Assembly: GCA_964016885.1 (NCBI GenBank)
Contig: OZ024740.1
Coordinates: 307,954,001 to 308,018,000 of the forward strand
From: Eledone cirrhosa
Lineage: Eukaryota
Reading direction: 5' to 3'
DNA: 64,000 bases
Part shown: positions 11,827 to 22,777 of the stretch, in pieces
How the letters are laid out: each line of letters opens with the position of its first letter
Position numbering within the stretch: position 1 is the first letter of the stretch
Position numbers and translations under genes: made by a program
Notes under the pieces: model-generated
Seen by the model: only the letters and a program-made list of their open reading frames with translations
Databases searched by the model: none
What the model was told of the DNA's origin: nothing

Positions 11827-12078
11827 ATTAACACTTAACATTTAATATTCTACCATACTATTTCATTATAATATCATTATAATTTTAAAGGATTGTAAAT
11901 AAAACGAGTAAATCAGACAAAGTTGGAATTTCTTTTATTAATATAATCTTCTATACACAATCATACACACCCGTGTATATTTATTTATATATATATATCT
12001 ATATCTATCATCATCATCATCATCATCATCGTTTAACGTCCATATTCCACGCTCACATATATATATATAAATATATAT

Positions 12079-12553
12079 ATGTATTGGGATTTCTAAAGAA
12101 ATACGGTATGTTTATGAATAAACATTTAGAAAGCCATAGCTATGCAAAAAACACTGACAGCTATCGCCACTTGGCGGTGTCCAGCAGAAGCAAGGGGGAC
12201 AATCATTGATGCATTTTGAACTGAACTGGTTCTCATCAACACTCTTGCAACTGCTGGACTTTGAAAACAGGTGAGAATATATCGTTTTCTTGTCTGTATA
12301 AATGAGGTGATTAATCTCATTTGCATATGAAGCTGTCTAAGTTGGCTAAACTTATATTAGAATAGAATTAGAATGTAGCTTCGAGCATAGCTGTATACTG
12401 ATATGTATTGGAATTTCGTATTTCTAAAGAAATACAGTATAACCGCCAGTGTTTTTGCATAGCTACAGCTTTCTAAATGTTTATTTATAAACATACTGTA
12501 TTTCTTTAGAAATACAAAATTCCAATACATATCTGTATACAGCTATGCTTGAA
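12079..12553 (-). mobile_element. Decayed retrozyme-like element: ~325-bp unit, partial direct repeat and inverted copy
   Basis: Direct repeat ATGTATTGG..ATTTCTAAAGAAATAC at 12079 and ~12403; inverted arms 12079-12158 vs 12447-12530 and 12379-12441 vs 12493-12553; degenerate minus-strand HHR TTGATGA-GAAC..GTTC-AAAA-TGCA-TC at 12208-12239. Confidence 0.7.
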
Positions 12554-13099
12554 GAGTGATTCGGCTGTTATTTCTAACAGGCTGAATGACCACATAGAGG
12601 TTGCTTCATTGGCTTCATGTTTACCACTGTCTGAAAAGCATGCAAATTTGTAAACGTCGATTTGCCATACTTTAGTAAGTGATTTCCAACCGCACTTTGA
12701 TGCTTTATTCATTTATTCAAATTGTCTGTGTTATATTTGTAAGTATTTAGTCATTCTAGTTTGTTGTGATCGTATATATTAACTTTAACTTTGTAAGTAG
12801 CCATTAATTAATGGATATTAGGTATTCTCTTTTATATATTCCCAAGAACCACTCCATTTTTTTATTTTTATTTTGATGGAATGCATTTTGGTTACTATAA
12901 TAAACGTTATCCATGGTATGCATGTTTCTTGGTGTTTGGTGTTTGGAATATAAGGAACTGTTTTATGGCTTGTGTGCGTGTGCGTTTTTTTATCGTAAAG
13001 TTGTACTGTGATATCATCAGCCTTTACTATATTCAATTAAATTGAGCATGGTGGCCTTTGAAGAGATTTTTAAAGAAATAGAGAGGAAGTGATGCCTGA

Positions 13100-13363
13100 A
13101 GGAATATCCCCCACCTCCAACTAACTTACCCTCCACCTTTGGGTCCCGGCTGACAGGATGTAGAATACATTGCTTTGGAGGTTGGTGAGGGAGACGTAGT
13201 GGAAGAACCACTCCACCTTGCATGGCTTGCACCTGTAGGTGGCCAACTCCACTCCAATAGCAGTAAGTAGGGATGTGGTCTGGGGGCTAAGAATGCCGGA
13301 AGTCTCCACTGCTACAGGCTCTACTATAAACCTATCAGAAAGTGGTTGATACCTGTACTTCAC
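13100..13363 (-). mobile_element. CRE-clade non-LTR retrotransposon 3' fragment (restriction-like endonuclease C-terminus)
   Basis: ORF 13121-13363: KYRYQPLSDRFIVEPVAVETSG...LLTAIG...SLTNLQSN..IL, resembling the CRE C-terminal pattern KY..L...F.P.AVET.G...SIA.QRGN. Confidence 0.7.
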
Positions 13364-13708
13364 TAATATTTTGTTTTATTCAGGTACACTCATGATCAAA
13401 AGTATTCCACTCATGACAATCCTGTCTTTTGTTCCTTACACAATATATCTTGGACTATATTATCAGCTTCATTCTTTTTTTTTAAGGGGAGGGGAGAGTA
13501 GGATGTGATTGAGTGTGATTTAACTGCTATTTCTAGCAGATAAAATAACAGCATAGAGGCTTCTTCAGATGTTAGTTTTCTTGTAATTTAGTCTCATTAT
13601 CTATCCTTCCTTTTAAAAAAAAATAAGGTATGATTTGAGGAAGATTTGGTAGTTATTTCTAGCAGATCAAAAGACCACATAACGGCTTCATATGATGTGG
13701 CTGTGGAT

Positions 13709-13741
<33 letters not shown>

Positions 13742-13811
13742 GTTATTTAACTGCAGTTCAACCCTGATTGAACAACTTTATGATCAAAACTGTTCCAGCA
13801 ATGATCATTCT

Positions 13812-14020
13812 TGAGGTAGTGTTGAAAAGTTCCTGGCTTGATCGCTGCTACAGAGGCCTGGTTGGAGGCCCAACCTCTGAGTTCTTTTTACGGGGCTTAG
13901 AAAACCTGAAGGACTGCTGCAATAAGTGTGTGGATCTGAGAGGGGAATATGTTGAATAAAATCATAATCAACTGATCCTCCTGTATTTTCTTTTATCCAA
14001 AGACAAGAAATTTTCAGTAT
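13812..14020 (+). mobile_element. Internally deleted mariner (Tc1/mariner) element
   Basis: Transposase C-terminus FFLRGLENLKDCCNKCVDLRGEYVE*; degenerate TIRs TGAAAAGTTCCTGGCTT / AAGACAAGAAATTTTCA. Confidence 0.8.
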
Positions 14021-14383
14021 ATATAATTTTCATATATAATTTTCATTCATAGTATACACAGGACTACAAGACAATAATGTGTAAATTGTAGTAGAATTGA
14101 CTACTATTTCTAGGTAGTGGAGTGACCATGTAGGGGCTCATTGGTTGGCATGATACATTTATAGTCATAAATCCTGTTTATTTAGGATTATATTTTCATA
14201 AATTTCAATGTGTGATCCCACTGCAAGACACTTAGGGCAAGTGCTGTCTATTATAGCCTCACTGTGTGAGTGTTATTGGCTAGAAATACTCTGTGGAAGC
14301 TCACCAAATGAACTGATCATCTACTTGAGGATTTTGTTAAGTGTACAAATAAATATGGAATACTTAACACTATAACTGTTGAA

Positions 14384-14461
14384 ATCACCCGGTCTGAGAA
14401 TTGAACTCACAACCTTTCGATTGCAAGGCCAATGCTCTAACCACTAAGCCATGTGCCTCCA
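14384..14461 (-). mobile_element. Isolated tRNA-like head of the CORE/Meta SINE
   Basis: Reverse complement of 18302-18380. Confidence 0.85.
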
Positions 14462-14611
14462 TGTTAATAGTAGGAAAACCATGTTAAATAGTAGGAAAAA
14501 AACCATGTTAAATAGTAGGAAAAGCACTCAATGTTACGCAAATCATCAATCTTTGATATTGAATTCTGTTGGTGCTGCTGGAACAGAGTTAATTATATAT
14601 ATATATATATA

Positions 14612-14951
14612 TCATCATCATCATCATCATCATCAGGTTTAGCGTCCGTGTTCCACGCTTGCATGGGTTTGGACGGGGGTTTTCCCACTTGAGGCAAGAG
14701 TGGTTGTCTTGCTCGCATAGGACTGTCTGGCGGGTTTTCTACAGTTGGATGCCCTTCCTAACACCAACCACATTTACAGTGTGGGACTGGGAGGTTTTTA
14801 CCGTGTTGCCTACACAGCCACATTACAGCGTGGACTGTCTGGCGGGTTTTCTACAGCTGGATGCCCTTCCTAACACCAACCACATTTACAGTGTGGGGCT
14901 GGGAGGTTTTTACCGTGTTGCCTACACGGCCACATTTACAGCGTGGACTGT

Positions 14952-14952
<1 letters not shown>
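14612..14952 (-). mobile_element. Meta-domain RTE-tailed element with internal ~110-bp tandem duplication
   Basis: GGACTGTCTGGCGGGTTTTCTACAG.TGGATGCCCTTCCTAACACCAACC occurs twice; same family at 17882-18170(-) and 19030-19293(+). Confidence 0.8.
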
Positions 14953-15009
<57 letters not shown>

Positions 15010-15251
15010 GCGATGCGTTATGTCCTTGAGCAAGACACTTTATTTCACGTTGCTCCTTCTACCTGGAGTTGCGACCGATAGATAGTATTAGAAATTGGAA
15101 AGACCAACGGAAACATTGTTCCCTCGGTCCGATTTGACGAAAGTCGATCGTCTCTAAAAATATATATAATAATTAACTCTGTTCCAGGGAGAGGAAATGG
15201 TATATATTTTATCTTGTGATTCTATAGACATGTTTTATGATATATATATAT

Positions 15252-15648
15252 ATGACACACGACCGTGACTTGACACACGACCGTGACTTCTGGCGTCACG
15301 CAGTAATACATGGTACCCGACCTCCCATGGGTACATGCTGAAGCATATAAACAATATGCCCCCACTCCCCCCACCGCAAGGTGGTCTTGGAGGTGCCACG
15401 GCAAAAAAGCACCCAGCCCACACTGTAAAGTGGACGTGTAGGCGCCACGAAAAAGCACCGAGCACTCACTGTAAATGAGGTTGGTGTTAGGAAGGGCATC
15501 CAGCTGTAGAAACCAAGCCAGATCAGTTCCTGTATGAGCAAGGCATGGTCAGCCGACCAGACACTGCCCACAACAGGACAACCCGTCTAACCCATACTAG
15601 CGTGGAAGAACGGACGTAAAACGGTGATGATGATGATGATGATGATGA
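15252..15648 (+). mobile_element. Meta-domain RTE-tailed element (copy of 25-401) with an 18-bp 5' duplication
   Basis: TGACACACGACCGTGACT duplicated at the 5' end; high identity to 25-401. Confidence 0.85.
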
Positions 15649-15649
15649 T

Positions 15650-15816
15650 ATATTATACTTTGGGAGGGTCATGCTGCCAATAAAAACACACGCCCCTGTT
15701 GGTTTTCACTTCAATTTATTCTAAACTTCCAGTCAATTAGTTTAATAATTGGATAGTTGTTTAGTTGTTGATTGTCAAAGCTCTTTTGTCACACATTCTG
15801 TGACCTCCTCAGTGAT
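15650..15816 (-). mobile_element. pLTR-like element with a degenerate hammerhead
   Basis: Minus strand TCA-CTGAGGA-GGTCACA GAATG TGTGAC-AAAA-GAGC-TT-TGA (15774-15815), then AATAAA and a tail ending at the SINE (GAT)n. Confidence 0.55.
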
Positions 15817-15894
15817 TATATTTGTTGTTATTTTGGTGTAGGACAGAACAAAGGAGAAACATAAAATAACAAGAGTTTTGGAGTAATGTTTCTC

Positions 15895-16232
15895 GATTGA
15901 GTATGTAGCTCAGAGATCAGAGAGTCACTCCAGGTAGAGCTGCTACTTTCAGAATTGAGAGATCACAGCTCCAATATTATGGGCATGTGGTTAGGATGTC
16001 TCAGGAAAGAATTGCTGGACAGATTTTATGGACAAAACCAACTGGCAGGAGTATCAGGGGTAAACCCCAAGTAAGATGGTTAGATAACATCCATGAGCTC
16101 AGCTGGTCACGCTTGGCAATCCAGCCAGATCAGTTGGAAACAATTGTTTCAGACAGGACCCACTGGAAGGAGTGTTTGAGGACTCTGCCCCCATGACCCT
16201 CTCAGGAATACGCGAGTGAAGAAGAAGAAGAA
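15895..16232 (+). mobile_element. RTE family B 3' end with (GAA)n tail
   Basis: ORF 15987-16196 VRMSQERIAGQIL...RGKPQVRWLDNI...SDRTHWKECLRTLPP. Confidence 0.85.
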
Positions 16233-16490
16233 GGTCTATGCTCACTTTTTTCCACCGGCAGGAATATTTAACCTGATGTATTCAAGTAACATTTATAGCT
16301 ATCAAATATTATTTGTATTTATCTGCATTGTGGCTAACATGTTTTCTTTTCAAATTTCAAATTTCTACAGTACTTTGTAAAAGCATTTATATACCACATC
16401 TAATAATAATCATCATCATTTTTATGTCCATTTTTCCACACTGGTATGGTTTGATGGTATGTTGTATAAATATATATATATATATATAAA

Positions 16491-16680
16491 TTTCATATAG
16501 AAATGGCTTCTACAGGACTAGAACTGTTTCATTCAAAGGAATGAGTTCCTTCGAATTAAACTGTTCTAGTCCTGTAGAAGCCATTTCTATATTAAACTTA
16601 TTACATACACTCTACTAATGTATTCAGTACCTTACTTATTTACTGTGGTTATCCCTGATTGAACTCGGGATTCACATACA
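16491..16680. mobile_element. Fold-back element carrying the 3' half of a hammerhead
   Basis: 16495-16541 is inverted to 16546-16592; the minus-strand arm reads TTCCTTTGAAT-GAAAC-AGTTCTA-GTC-CTGTAG; unique tail to ~16680. Confidence 0.65.
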
Positions 16681-16732
16681 CAAACACAGATGCGCGCACA
16701 CACACACACACACACACACCCACACACACACC

Positions 16733-16763
<31 letters not shown>

Positions 16764-16828
16764 CCACACACACACATATATATATATATATATACATGTG
16801 CGCACACACACACACACACATCTACATG

Positions 16829-16917
<89 letters not shown>

Positions 16918-16974
16918 AAGTGTTTGTGTAGTTAAATATGTATATATATATATATATATAGATAGAGATTGAGA

Positions 16975-17625
16975 GTTATCTGTTTAGAATGTTCATTGCA
17001 TGAACTTCCTTTACGAAAACCTGCCTGTTCACCTCTAAGTTTGTGGTCCAGTTACCATTGTAATCTTGCCAAGAGCAGCCAACACATGATTTTTTCGAGC
17101 CATAGTTAGAAGTGTCACATCATGCCAATTGTTGCAATCAGCAAGTACACTTTTCTTAAGGATTTTGACTATAACTCCTTTTGACCATTTAGTATGTGAC
17201 TCTCCTTTATTCCAGATTACCATTCCAATTTCTGTCAGCTTTTCTATGATGGTGTCTCCACAAATATTCAAATTAACCCTTTAGCATTTATATTACTCTA
17301 TATTTACTATTGTATTTTTGCAGTAAAGGCTTTATCTTACATAATATCTCCAATGACATTGAATCTATGAGATTTTGTTATTATTTATTTTGAAAACAAT
17401 ACGTTAACCTAAACATGAGTGGCTAGTTACAGCCAGTTTGAACAGAAAGAGGTGAGGGAATTCTGCCCAGTTATGTCTGGTTTAAATGCTAAAGAGTTAA
17501 GGAAGATCATTGAGCAATCACTAGAGTATAGAACCCCAGTAGTGATAGATTATGTTGAGTTAATCCTTTGATAGTGTACACTATCAGTTACTCTGGAAGA
17601 CCCTTTAGATCTACGGTGTTCTCGA
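16975..17625. mobile_element. RTE RT fragment (family C) with 5' inversion, interrupted by a piggyBac-type MITE
   Basis: Minus 17271-~16975: WSKGVIVKILKK..LADCNNW..VTLL...EQAGFRKGSSCNE; plus 17501-17625 continues KIIEQSLEYRTP...FDSVH..LLWK. Confidence 0.7.
17273..17500 (-). mobile_element. piggyBac-type MITE (~225 bp)
   Basis: TTAA|CCCTTTAGCATTTA ... TAAATGCTAAAGAG|TTAA. Confidence 0.85.
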
Positions 17626-17814
17626 TTGCTATATCAAAATGGTGGTGTCAGAAAATTGCACATGGAGCACTCTGTAGAGAGAGAAAGAGTGTGAGAATGT
17701 ATGTAGCTTCCAGTCATCTGAGACATCAGTAGCTCCATATGAGGACTGATTTGGTCTGTGACGACCCATCCAGCCCTTGCTAGCAGGGAGAACAGATGTT
17801 AAATGATGATGATG

Positions 17815-17848
<34 letters not shown>

Positions 17849-17881
17849 TGTGCATATATATATACACATATATGTGTATAT

Positions 17882-18170
17882 ATCATCATCATCATCATCA
17901 TCGTTTAACGTCCATCTTCCACGCTTGCATGGGTTTGGACGGGAATTTTCCCACTTGAGGCAAGATTGGTTGTCTTGCTCGTATAGGACTGTCTGGCAGG
18001 TTTTCTATGGCTGGATGCCCTTCCTAACACCAACCACGTTTACAGTGTGGACTGGGAGGTTTTTACCGTGTTACCTACACGGCCACATTACAGCGTTGAC
18101 TGTGTGTTTTTTTGTTGTGACACCTACACGACCTCATTTGTTTCGGACTGGATGTTGTGGTACCAGCATA
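17882..18170 (-). mobile_element. Meta-domain RTE-tailed element
   Basis: Same family as 14612-14952; inverted relative to 19030-19293. Confidence 0.8.
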
Positions 18171-18202
18171 GCTTTACATTGAAAGGGGTGGTGTGGATGG
18201 GG

Positions 18203-18234
<32 letters not shown>

Positions 18235-18272
18235 TATATACATATATATATACATATATGTATATATATATG

Positions 18273-18301
<29 letters not shown>

Positions 18302-18303
<2 letters not shown>

Positions 18304-18625
18304 GGAGGCACATGGCTTAGTGGTTAGAGCATTGGCCTTGCAATCGAAAGGTTGTGAGTTCAATTCTCAGACCGGGTGATGTGTTGTTTCCTTGAGCAAG
18401 ACACTTTATTTCACATTGCTCCAGTTTACTCAGCTGTAGAAATGAGATGATAGGGACTGGGGTCCCTATCATTCCACTGCAAATTCCATGGCAAAAAAGC
18501 ACCCAGCACTCACTGTAAATGAGGTTGGTGTTAGGAAGGGCATCCAGCTGTAGAAATCAAGCCAGAATCAGTTCCCGTCCCACCCTTGCAAGCAGGGAAA
18601 AGCGGCCGTAAAATGAAATGATGAT
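18302..18625 (+). mobile_element. Full-length tRNA-CORE-Meta SINE with RTE tail
   Basis: High identity to 474-803; inserted in (TA)n. Confidence 0.9.
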
Positions 18626-18664
18626 ATATATATATATGTATCAGAAAGTGAGGTTTTTTTTACA

Positions 18665-18850
18665 AAATGAAAAATAACCGAGGTGTCCTACACGAGTGAA
18701 AGTATAAGGAAAAGAGATGAAATCGAAAATGCAACTGGAGTCTTATTTAAAAAGAAAAATATATATTTATTTGGTTCCTTTACTGGTTTCGCAGTTCTTC
18801 TGCTTTTCAAAAGTAGAGTTGAGATGGAGGGTCTGTGGTTTTTCTCCATA
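18665..18850 (-). mobile_element. Single-arm copy of the 10245-10612 element
   Basis: GTCCTACACG.GTGAA.GTATAAGGAAAAGA...GAAATCGAAAATGCAACTGGAGTC shared. Confidence 0.75.
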
Positions 18851-19029
18851 TATGTGTGTGTGGGTGTGTGTGTGTATGTGTGTGTGTTTATGTATATGTG
18901 TGTATGTGTGTGTGTGTACAGGTATTTGTATGTGTATATATTATATTTAATAAACAAACATTCACTTCTGCTATACAAATAGACCCTGTGGTTAAACCAC
19001 ATGCATCTCACTGCAGAATTATCTTTGCC

Positions 19030-19293
19030 GAAACAAATGAGATCGTGTAGGTGTCACGACAAAAAAACACACAGTCCACGCTGTAATGTGGCCGTGTAGG
19101 CAACACGGTAAAAACCTCCCAGACCCACACTGTAAATGTGGTTGGTGTTAGGAAGGGCATCCAACTGTAGAAAACCTGCCAGACAGTCCTATGCGAGCAA
19201 GACAATCACTCTTGCCTCAAGTGGGACTACCCCCGTCCAAACCCATGCAAGCGTGGAACACGGACGTTAAACGTTGATGATGATGATGATGAT
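19030..19293 (+). mobile_element. Meta-domain RTE-tailed element
   Basis: Meta-like domain at ~19140-19175, tail ACCCATGCAAGCGTGGAACACGGACGTTAAACG(TGA)n. Confidence 0.8.
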
Positions 19294-19349
19294 GTATGGA
19301 AAATAAACGTTAACCATTGATAATGATGATACACACACACTAAAACATA

Positions 19350-19401
<52 letters not shown>

Positions 19402-19777
19402 TTGTCTGTGTGTGTATGTTTATATATATAATGTTTGTGTGTGAGTGTGTGTATGTATATATATATATTATATATATATGCATGTGTGTGTGTGTATGTA
19501 TGTATATATATATATATGTGTGTATGTGTGTGTGTGTGTGAGTATGTGTGTATATATGTGTCTGCAACAAAGCATAAATGTTTGCACTTATAAGTACAAT
19601 ATAAACATACATATAGTGCATTGCGTATTTGAGTGTAAGAGTATATGTATGTAAGAGTATATGTAGTGGTGTATATGTGTGTATAGCTACATGAATGTGT
19701 ATGTGTGTGCATAAGGATGTGTGTGTATGTGTATGTTTGTTACAAGTGTATGTACATTTTAGCCCCCACTGATGTAC

Positions 19778-19920
19778 CTATCAGAACCAGCTCTCTCAAG
19801 CATCCACTCCAACACGAAACCCCCACTCTCCACAGTGAAAGGGGCAGTTTGTAGTTTCCTCCACTCCAAACTAAGGGTGGAAAGCTGTGTAGTTCAAATT
19901 GGATTTGAAGGTTGGGTGGG
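19778..19920 (-). other. Candidate host exon (coding status unknown)
   Basis: Unique island among microsatellites; acceptor TATTTACTTCTTTATCTCAG, donor AG|GTACAT; alternative acceptor would start the exon at 19884. Confidence 0.3.
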
Positions 19921-20035
19921 CTGAGATAAAGAAGTAAATAGTAACCAAGTGAAGCCTGGGTTCATGTGCAGTTTATCAGGAGTAGTGGAGCTGTGTGTGT
20001 GTGTGTGCGTGTGTGTGTGTGTAAACACACATACA

Positions 20036-20100
<65 letters not shown>

Positions 20101-20255
20101 CTCTCCCTCTCGCTCATTCTTTCCACACACACACACAGATATTTGTGCATGCAAGCATGTATGTATGTATGTATGTATGTATGTATGTATGTATGTATGT
20201 ATGTATGTATGTATGTATGTATGTATGTTCTTCTGGTTTTATACTTTCACAAATT

Positions 20256-20287
<32 letters not shown>

Positions 20288-20290
20288 TGA

Positions 20291-20327
<37 letters not shown>

Positions 20328-20398
20328 CACATACATATGCATGCATAATTATCTGTGGCGGGGGTGGAGGGGGAAGAAGGAGAGAGAGGGAGTAAGAG

Positions 20399-20469
<71 letters not shown>

Positions 20470-20689
20470 TACATATATATATTCATAAATACATGCATGC
20501 ATAAATATCTGTGTGTGTGTGGAGAGAGAGAGATGTGGCTAATAGACAGACAGTCAGACAGACAGAAAGGGGTTGAGAGAAAGTGCATGAAAGAGAAACT
20601 TTATTATTATTACTAGTGGTATTATGTTATCTAAATACTTTTTTAACTATCCTGTCAGCAAGATAAAAATAAACACTCATCTACCCTCT

Positions 20690-20737
20690 TTATTCATTCT
20701 CTCTATCTCTCTCTTTCCTCTCTCTCTCTCTCTCTTT

Positions 20738-20830
<93 letters not shown>

Positions 20831-21305
20831 CTCTCTCACTTTCCTCTCTCTCTATCTCTCTATTTCTCTTTCCTCTCTCTCTTTATCTCTCTTTCCTCTA
20901 TATCTTTCTCTAGCTCTCTCTATCTGTCTTTCCTCTCTCTCTCTCTCTCCATCTCTCTCTCCATCTCTCTCTCCATCTCTCTCTCCTCTCTCTCTATATC
21001 TCTTTCCTCTCTCTATCTCTCTATTTTCTCCCTCTCTATCTCTCTCTCTGTCTCTCCATCTCTCTTCCTCTCTATCTATCTCTCTTTCCTCTCCATCTCT
21101 CCATCTCTCTTTCCCTTCTATCTCTCCATCTCTCTTTCCTCTCTATCTCTCCATCTCTCTTTCCCCTCTCTCTCTCCATCTCTCTTCCTCTCTATCTCTC
21201 CATCTCTCTTTCCCCTCTCTCTATCTCTCTATCTTTCCTCTCTCTCTCAATTTTTTTATTTCTTCTCACTCTGACTCTTTTTATCCCCCTCTTCCTCCCC
21301 TCTCT
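20690..21305. repeat. Degenerate (TC)n polypyrimidine tract
   Basis: ~600 bp of TC/TCTA/TCCA repeats. Confidence 0.9.
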
Positions 21306-21817
21306 ATCCCAGTATGGAATTCTTAGATTTAAATGAAATAGAAAGAATTGTTGCACTAAAAGCTAGATTACCCCTTCTCACCTCTTTGCACCCAGTAAAA
21401 TGTCTTTTCCAACACTCAACTCTACTTGTGTATGTGTATGTTTGTATGTCAGTGAAATAAGGCACGGAAATTTATTATGAGTATGTTGTATGCGTGTTAA
21501 TGTACTTTATGAGTGCGCGTATATAATGAAAATTATATGCATATGTATATGTGTATATGTTGATTTTATATGTGCAAACACACACACATTTATGTGTGTG
21601 TGTTTATGTATTTATGTGGCTATTTAATATATATGCGTTAAAACAGACACATTTATAATTATGTTTATTTATGATCTATGCATACATACATACATACACA
21701 TAGACACACACAAACATACACACACACTCAGGTATATATGTGTGTGTTTATGTATATATGTAAGCGTTATGTGTTTATGTAATATGCAAATGTATTTATA
21801 TATGCACACATACACTT

Positions 21818-21848
<31 letters not shown>

Positions 21849-22585
21849 CATTTAGATATATATGTATATATTGCACATACACACATATTAATATTCTTTG
21901 CAATTCCTAGTATATATATATATATATATATAAACAGCTGTCATAAATTGTTTTCAAAAGCATAGATGCTGGGCTTTGATCAGGTCCTGTTGATGCTCTC
22001 AGTTGGGTGCTGGGTTCCTCTGTCTTAGAGTCCTTCCACTACATTGTACCACACAAGGATGAAAGAGGCTAGCAAAAATTTATTCCCTCATGTCAGTCAT
22101 TTAGAAATCTTTTACCTCATCATCTCTAGTCAGAGAGAACACACAATTAAACCCCTGAAAGTTGCTACAAATTCTAAACCTCAAAATCACTGATGATCTC
22201 TCCTGCTGTTCATATGTTTTTTTGTTTTATTGGTTAGTTAGAAGAAATGGCAATGCTGATGACTCTTTTCAGGAGTTTCATGACTGTTGGGATGGAGGAA
22301 GGGAGGTTTCCTCTAAATAGTGACCTGGCCTGGGTGCCTTCTAACAGAGTGGATTCTGTTAAGAGCATCTAAGGGCTTCATAGTGCTGTTAATCCTTTTG
22401 ATATTGAATTACTTTAAACTACCTCTGCTTCTTTGATACTAAGCTGTTTGTTTTAAAGTATTTATATTTATCTAAAAACCTTCCAAGATAATTTTATGTA
22501 AAAACATTTGTTAAGCTATGCTCTTCAAACACCAACTTAATAATGACATTTTTTCAATATTTAGGTAGTGTGTAGTGTAAGGGTA

Positions 22586-22770
22586 GTGGATTGGTAGTAT
22601 CGGTTGAGCGTTGGACAACATGCTTTGCAGTATACAGTTATGTCCCTTTACATTCTGAGTTCAAATCCCACCAAGGCTAGCTTTGCACTGGGGTTAATTC
22701 AATCAACTTTCCCTTTCCTTCAAAATTGTTGACCTTGTGCCTAAATCAGAAACCAAATAAAGAAATCATT
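22586..22770 (+). mobile_element. Nin/Deu-domain tRNA SINE, internally deleted
   Basis: Head and 3' end as in 9436-9657. Confidence 0.75.
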
Positions 22771-22777
22771 ATTAAAG

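Noticed and set aside
20624-21274. 216-aa Ser/Leu-rich ORF
   Set aside because: Translation of the (TC)n tract
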